Assembly (NCBI GenBank): GCA_973851085.1
Contig: OZ316775.1
Span: forward strand, 2,542,001 to 2,606,000
Source: Ptychomitrium polyphyllum
Taxonomy: Eukaryota
Reading direction: 5' to 3'
Length of the DNA: 64,000 nucleotides
Numbering within the stretch: position 1 is the stretch's first letter; each line of letters begins with the position of its first letter. The notes below the pieces were generated by a model. It made no database searches and had not been told where the DNA came from. It saw only the letters and a program-made list of their open reading frames with translations. Both the position numbers and the translations under genes were made by a program. Positions 61,301 through 64,000 of this stretch are shown here, one piece after another.

Positions 61301-64000
61301 AAATGGGTAATTTATTGGGAGTTGGAGTATTTGCTCCTGACAATAGGAAAATGCAGGAAAATTGCCTGAGTACCTTGGAAGAGTTCAGTACTGCTGTTAT
61401 CCAACGGTCAGCTGAGTTGAGGAAAGGAGAGAAGAGGCTTGCAGTGAAGAAAAAAGCTCTTATAGATCTTCTTAGAGCTCTGAGAGATATCGGATTATCT
61501 CATCACAAGTCAGCTGTGCCCAAGGACGAGCGACATGTCAATAATTGGTTTCAACAGCCAGGATCGGACTCAGCAGAGATGTTGATGTTGTGGGCACATC
61601 AGGAAGTAGAAGTTGTAGCTGGGTTATCCAGCATTGTTTCTATCGACTTTGTTTGCAGTGTTTGGACACGTGCCAAAACCTACTATTTCCAGAATGTGGC
61701 ATTACTTCAACGGCTTGGGCAGAGCGCTCTTGACTTCAATAAAGCATTGAGTTTGCGAGAAGTTGAAGTTTCTACAAAGTACATGGAACATTTGTTGTTT
61801 CTGCAAAGAAAACAACGACATAATGCTTTTGAGTTTTCATCGAAGCTCAGTGCGCTTGTTCATCTGACGAATCTTTTTTCAGGTACGCTTTTTGCTCTTT
61901 ATCTCTTTTGCGTTGCTACTAAATTACTTGAGGTTATTATTTGAACCTTCCCTAATATTTCTTCTTCCAGGTTTTGCTGCGGAGAAGACGAGGTTTCCTC
62001 ATCAGAGTAGAATTAGGAAGTGGATGTGGCAACAGAAGGGTCTTCTGGACTCTCTCTGCCATGCTAGTTCAGAATTGGCCCTCCTTTATAGAACAGCTGA
62101 AGCATCACAGAGATCTCCTGAAGTTGACTGTACTGAAGTTGCTATGCTCAGCAAAGCTGTTCTACAAATATCACACAAATTGGACGTTTGCAAGAAATTG
62201 TTAGATCAGTTCCTTGTTCCTCGAAGTGAGTCAGTAGGCTCGAGACCTTTGGAGGAGTCCTGGCCTCTGTTGGTCACACCCGGCATGCAAGATGTACTTC
62301 TGAGGAATTTTAGTGCTTTGGGAACTGCAGAGCCTCTCTTACAAGAAGTATGCAGAGGTATCAGTGGGCCTGAAGTACCAGGGTTGGGTTCCCTGCAGCT
62401 TCTTTTCAGTCGAGCACTAGATATGTCCAATAATTTTGAGGAAGAGTTTGCCAGTACAAGCAGTTCGTATTCCCTCGACCAGGAGATGTCTTTGGATATT
62501 GCACCTTTCACAGAACACTACGATAAGATTGTTACTGAAGTTCTCTTGGCGGTTCAGAATCTTCGATCAACTACTGCTGCACAGGAGTCTGTTAGTGGAG
62601 AATCTGAGCTCGCAGGTACTATTCAAGACGTGGACCATTCTATCAGCAAGAAGATGCTGGCCTTACGTTTAGGGAAAATATACGATATATTGCTGAGGGC
62701 TATCTGCGCAGGTAAATGGAATACCAATTTATTCTATCGATTTATTTCCTTTCTCTGTCTGTTTTCTGCAACTGGAATCCCCAAAATCTGTAAATATTCT
62801 ATGAGTTGTCTTAGTCATGTAAGAAATACGCTTGGGTGCAATGCTCAAGTAGAGTTTCTGTGATGGAGACGCTTGTTCTTACCATTTTATCTATGAGCTT
62901 ATACTCTTGATATTTCTTGCTTACATACGGCTTTTGTTTTCGTTTAATCTTGGCTGTAGTTAGATTTACGCCTGCTGGGCTTGTATTATGCTTAGAATTC
63001 ATTTTTGTAAAATCGTTTGTAGCTGTTCATCGTCTTATTTTTTGCTCTCTTACAGCATAGGAAAGCTTGTGTTGGTAACATTCATTTTCGCACTATAACG
63101 GATGTTAAGCAGCACAGGGAATGACATTATCAGAGAACTGTTATTGCAGGTGCAGAGATGATTGATTCAAAACCCGACAGTGAGCTTCGTATTGGCACTG
63201 CCTTGGGGAAGCTTTTTGGTTGCATATATGCTCCGTTACAGATATTGGTGGCGGCTGGGGCTCAGTTACTTGCAGATTATGTTGATTTGCAGAAGACCGT
63301 GTCCAAACTTAGCTATGTATTGTCCAACTTGTTTTGCTCTTTATACTCAGAGGGTTTCTGCCTAACGAAAGAGCAGGAGGGGGAAGCTGGTGGAACGAAG
63401 TTCGAGGATGCCGATGGGACTGGGATGGGAGAAGGTGAAGGGCAAAAGGACGTCAGTGATCAAATTGAAGAAGAGGATCAGCTTCTCAATAGCACAGAAA
63501 AGAATGAGGATCTTCCAAAGAATGATGATGCAGGAAAGAAGAAGGAGAAGGGTATTGAGATGGAACAGGACTTTGATGCGGACATGCTTGATCTTAGTGA
63601 CGATGAACCCGACGAGGAAAACGAGGCAGAGGAAGGAAAGGATGAGAAACTGGAGTCACAGATGGGAGAGGAGGGTGAAAAGAGTGAAGTTGTGGATGAA
63701 CAGCTGTGGAAAGGTGATGATGATAAGAATGAACAGCAGCAACAGGGGAAAGAGAAGCAAGAAAAGGACGCAGGTATGTCAGGTGCGCAGGAAGACGATC
63801 TGGAGATGCGGGCTAAAGAAGGAAACAACGAAGATAGCAAGGGAGGCAAAGGAGGAGAAAAGGAGGAGAATGAAAAGACAACAGATCCTCCAGCCGATGA
63901 GCAAGAGAATGCAAAGCAAGCAGAAAATGGGATGGATGACGATGAGGGATTGAAGGAAGACGAGGCTTATGAGGATCCTAGTGGAGTTAAACCACGAATA
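46303..64000 (+). CDS. MDN1: Midasin (MDN1/Rea1) AAA+ ATPase for 60S subunit maturation; 3' end lies outside the window
   Basis: Six AAA Walker A motifs (GPIGSGKS, GETGTGKT, GPTSSGKT, GETGCGKT, GSPGVGKT, GPPATGKT), a long helical linker, and a D/E-rich tail starting GTGMGEGEGQKDVSDQIE. Introns at about 46707-46801, 47393-47566, 49898-50093, 51377-51719, 51962-52146, 53053-53441, 54167-54452, 54722-54993, 55375-55644, 61883-61971, 62712-63149. The MIDAS domain is not reached. Confidence 0.97.

Noticed and set aside
63390..63953. M/R/K-rich ORF (187 aa) and an antisense S-rich ORF
   Set aside because: Alternative-frame shadows of the D/E-rich midasin tail.

Overview
Eukaryotic, intron-containing plant nuclear DNA. 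Intron sizes, G-rich 5' leaders and very AT-rich spacers suggest a bryophyte, probably a moss; this is inference, not a database result. I reconstructed seven protein genes by hand from GT-AG junctions: an uncharacterised, probably plastid-targeted membrane protein (-); a pterin-4a-carbinolamine dehydratase (+); a vacuolar sorting receptor, VSR (+); a DA2/GW2-like RING E3 ligase (+); an intronless mitochondrial phosphate carrier (-); alanine:glyoxylate aminotransferase 2 (-); and midasin/MDN1 (+, runs off the window). A decayed F-box gene lies at about 38.1-39.3 kb and is not evident from the ORF track. The most unusual feature is a GC-rich, apparently non-coding module of about 780-800 bp that carries an intact tRNA-Glu(CTC) gene and a perfect 22-bp minisatellite. 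It occurs as two near-identical copies in inverted orientation (7 vs 8 repeat units). One copy sits in VSR intron 6 and the other about 700 bp past the VSR stop codon, so the pair brackets the last seven VSR exons. It does not fit SINE, LTR, MITE or Helitron architecture and may be an undescribed tRNA-carrying mobile element.
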